Source: Mizuhopecten yessoensis (taxonomy: Eukaryota). From it: DNA of 64,000 bases. Shown here piece by piece: positions 62,001-64,000 of this stretch. A program made the translations under genes and the position numbers. The notes beneath the pieces were generated by a model. It saw only the letters and a list, made by a program, of their open reading frames with translations, was not told where the DNA came from and did not search any database. The stretch lies in assembly GCF_002113885.1 (NCBI RefSeq), contig NW_018405506.1, forward strand, positions 1,522,199 through 1,586,198, written 5' to 3'. How positions within the stretch are numbered: position 1 is the first letter of the stretch; every line of letters starts with the position of its first letter.

Positions 62001-63449
62001 TAACAGATTATTAATATGCAAGTAAATATAAGAAAGATATATATACAATTATTCATCTCTAGATTTGCAAATATATATCGCAATAGGCCGTCATTGTTCC
62101 GTAACAACGATTTGACTGTTTGCCATGATTTTTGTTTGCCAATGTTGACTGGGATAGTTCGAACTACTCTTTATTTTAGCGGCTATGATTTTGAGTAATT
62201 CAAACAGGATTGACAATATTTTGTTTAATTTGTTCGATCTGACCAGAGATTTACCGTATGGCCAATTTTTGCACTTTATCCATCAACCTTATCCTCTGTC
62301 ACATCTGCTTGGATTTCAACAACATTTAATGTACTGTATCCATGATACCAGGGGATCAAACATTGTATAAAAAAGGATGTAGTCTTCCTTAGGATTGAAA
62401 GCCAGACCAAATAAGGGTAAATTAAAGGTTTTCAGCCTTCATAAACCCATTTTTTATTGAAAACCTAGATGAAGTTTTACTAAATTTAGGTAGCAGTATA
62501 CAGTAGAGGGTTGTGGCCATGGGTGGTATTTTTGTTAAATGGCTAACCCCTGTATAATGATGTGTACAAAAAATATAAAAATACAACTGTACTAAAATTG
62601 GTATAAGCATGATGAAGTGGGCTATGTGAGCTTCACATTTATAAAAAAAAAAGAAGATTGTTTTGGTTCGAGAATAAAATTTTGGCCATAATCCGAAAGG
62701 GTGCCTACACATGAAAAGCTAGCTTTACAGGAGGTAAAATTTTGACAACAGCACACGACGCAAAATTGCAAAAAAATCAAGTTTTACAACTTTACTGGGA
62801 CCCAGATAATTCTGCAACCAGGTATAGGTAATCATTAATTTTAGACAGAACTTAAGATAAAAAATACTAGTTGCGGGGGTCAAATTTTGGGTTTCACACA
62901 AGTGACATACATAGAAAAAATAGGTTTATACACTTCTCAGTACTTTATATGTATTGTAAACGTTATGCAGTTTACAAATATATATACATGTATGCATGTG
63001 TTGTGTAGGGTAAATCCGCTGTGTTTACATTTCCTCGACTAGTGCCTTGTTTATCAGAGTCGGGCCATTTCTACTGAACACTGCTACCTTAACATCAGTA
63101 GGAAAGAGACAATATTGTATAAATCAAGGGAGTAATCCTCTGGAATATGGGGATGGGGTAGGTCCTGCAGGGCTCAGAATATAGCAAAATAGGTCGGTTT
63201 AATCTTCAAAAGCCTCTCTCTGCTGAGAAACCGCCAACAGTTATGGTGACCTGTGGTTAAGCCCATGGGCCTCTGCAATGGCTTTTTGGGAGAAACACTC
63301 AAAGTGTTTCACAGGTTTGGAAGATAATTTCATCTTTTATGCATGTTCACAGGTGTGGGTATGGCACTGTTCATGATGTGAATACTAAATCTCTTGAGGA
63401 CCGCATGGAGAGCTTTTTCCTCAGCGAGACTTGTAAATATCTGTATCTG
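52798..63449 (+). CDS. EDEM1: ER degradation-enhancing alpha-mannosidase-like protein 1 (GH47), 3'-partial; 10 exons seen
   Basis: Signal-like N-terminus; MFHFGYDNY...[27 protein letters not shown]...[48 protein letters not shown]. These match EDEM1 rather than EDEM2/3. Confidence 0.95.
53372..53680 (+). mobile_element. V-domain-type tRNA SINE with a 91-bp insertion (53459-53549, TSD gtatggggt)
   Basis: A box tggtgtagtgg, B box ggttcgattcc, core gtgggttttctccaggtgtactcctgtttcctcccaca. Confidence 0.75.
54204..54276 (+). CDS. EDEM1: EDEM1 exon 2
   Basis: [24 protein letters not shown]. Confidence 0.9.
54294..54682 (+). mobile_element. TRIM (miniature LTR retrotransposon) with tRNA-derived LTRs: LTR1 54294-54430, LTR2 54553-54682
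   Basis: Direct repeats TGTA..GTTACA; PBS TGGTGTCTGTGACC at 54432; PPT aaaaaggagggaggaa before LTR2; each LTR has A box TAGCTCAATTGG, B box GGTTCGAACCC and TTTTT. Confidence 0.85.
54987..55090 (+). CDS. EDEM1: EDEM1 exon 3
   Basis: [12 protein letters not shown]...QVFEATIR; absent from the ORF track. Confidence 0.9.
55744..55915 (+). CDS. EDEM1: EDEM1 exon 4
   Basis: VLGSLLSAH...TGIPFPR. Confidence 0.92.
57008..57191 (+). CDS. EDEM1: EDEM1 exon 5
   Basis: VNLKHGV...[14 protein letters not shown]. Confidence 0.92.
57520..58010. mobile_element. MITE-like element
   Basis: Terminal inverted attagtgttg / caacactaat and inner caacatcgatgat / atcatcgatgttg. Confidence 0.55.
58114..58547. other. 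Assembly gap (N run)
   Basis: Ns flanked by a C-run and (CA)n. Confidence 0.99.
58721..58812 (+). CDS. EDEM1: EDEM1 exon 6
   Basis: [11 protein letters not shown]...[13 protein letters not shown]. Confidence 0.9.
59481..59563 (+). CDS. EDEM1: EDEM1 exon 7
   Basis: [14 protein letters not shown]...MRRG. Confidence 0.88.
60244..60364 (+). CDS. EDEM1: EDEM1 exon 8
   Basis: PPIYVNVNM...[13 protein letters not shown]; donor CAG|gtaggt. Confidence 0.9.
60358..61122. repeat. 44-bp tandem array containing the EDEM1 exon 8 donor, ~17 copies
   Basis: Unit tgtacag|gtaggtaatggctggtctacag|gtacattataacaca. Confidence 0.95.
61246..61490 (+). CDS. EDEM1: EDEM1 exon 9
   Basis: [11 protein letters not shown]...[12 protein letters not shown]. 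Confidence 0.93.
63353..63449 (+). CDS. EDEM1: EDEM1 exon 10
   Basis: CGYGTVH...[18 protein letters not shown]; donor |gtaagt. Confidence 0.92.
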
Positions 63450-63749
63450 GTAAGTATTGTCTGACATTGTCTGAAGGGTGGAATTCTGCTAGATTATTGA
63501 AACATTCCAAATTTTCTATTTTGCATTACTTAAATGTAACTCTCATTGTGAAATGATAATTTCTGACCACTTGGAATCAAATGAATCAATTACTGAAATG
63601 AAAATTGGCAAGTCACTTGACACCTGTATTTAGAAGTCAGCATATATATAAGACCTAGCCGGAATTTTACTCTCTTTGCCTCAAGGAATGTAATCTAAGG
63701 AGATCTTACGCAATTAATAGTTCATTGTATAGATGAATGGAATTGATGA

Positions 63750-64000
63750 TAATAATAATAATTTGAGTTTCTTATATATACCGCTTTATCACAACCTAGT
63801 TCGTAGGTCGTCTCAAAGCGGTTCACAAATTATTATCCGTGGTTATAGGGCCTTTGCAACCAGCCAATATATTTCTCAACTCCCTGGGGGAGAATACAGC
63901 CAGTGCTGCCATTTCGGCGCTCATAGCTAGCATTCAACAATTCTAGCTCTGCCCAACCACATACTCATTTACAGCTGAGTAGACTGGAAGAAGCGGAGTA
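63750..64000 (-). mobile_element. SINE 3' part, same family as 39049-39550
   Basis: ccgct.tatcacaacctagttcgtagg...actcatttaca.ctgagtagactgg; (aat)n tail. Confidence 0.8.

Overview
AT-rich, intron-containing animal genomic DNA. It is probably a bivalve mollusc, inferred only from the repeat types. Three + strand genes: (1) the 3' half of an ABCA3-like lipid exporter (exons <1-3698); (2) a complete tandem ABCA3-like paralogue (19 coding exons, 9824-34161, 1710 aa by exon sum); (3) EDEM1 (GH47 ERAD mannosidase; 10 coding exons from 52798, running off the window). Introns and the 34-52 kb intergenic region hold minisatellites, SINEs, MITEs, nested LINEs and LTR remnants. Most notable: (a) several unrelated tandem arrays that start exactly at exon/intron junctions and multiply the splice site 17-30 times, in both genes; (b) a ~390-bp miniature LTR retroelement whose LTRs each contain a tRNA-derived Pol III unit; (c) a minimal hammerhead ribozyme inside a 1.85-kb solo-LTR-like element, plus a degenerate one downstream of the ABCA gene. 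All calls were made by eye; no database searches were run.
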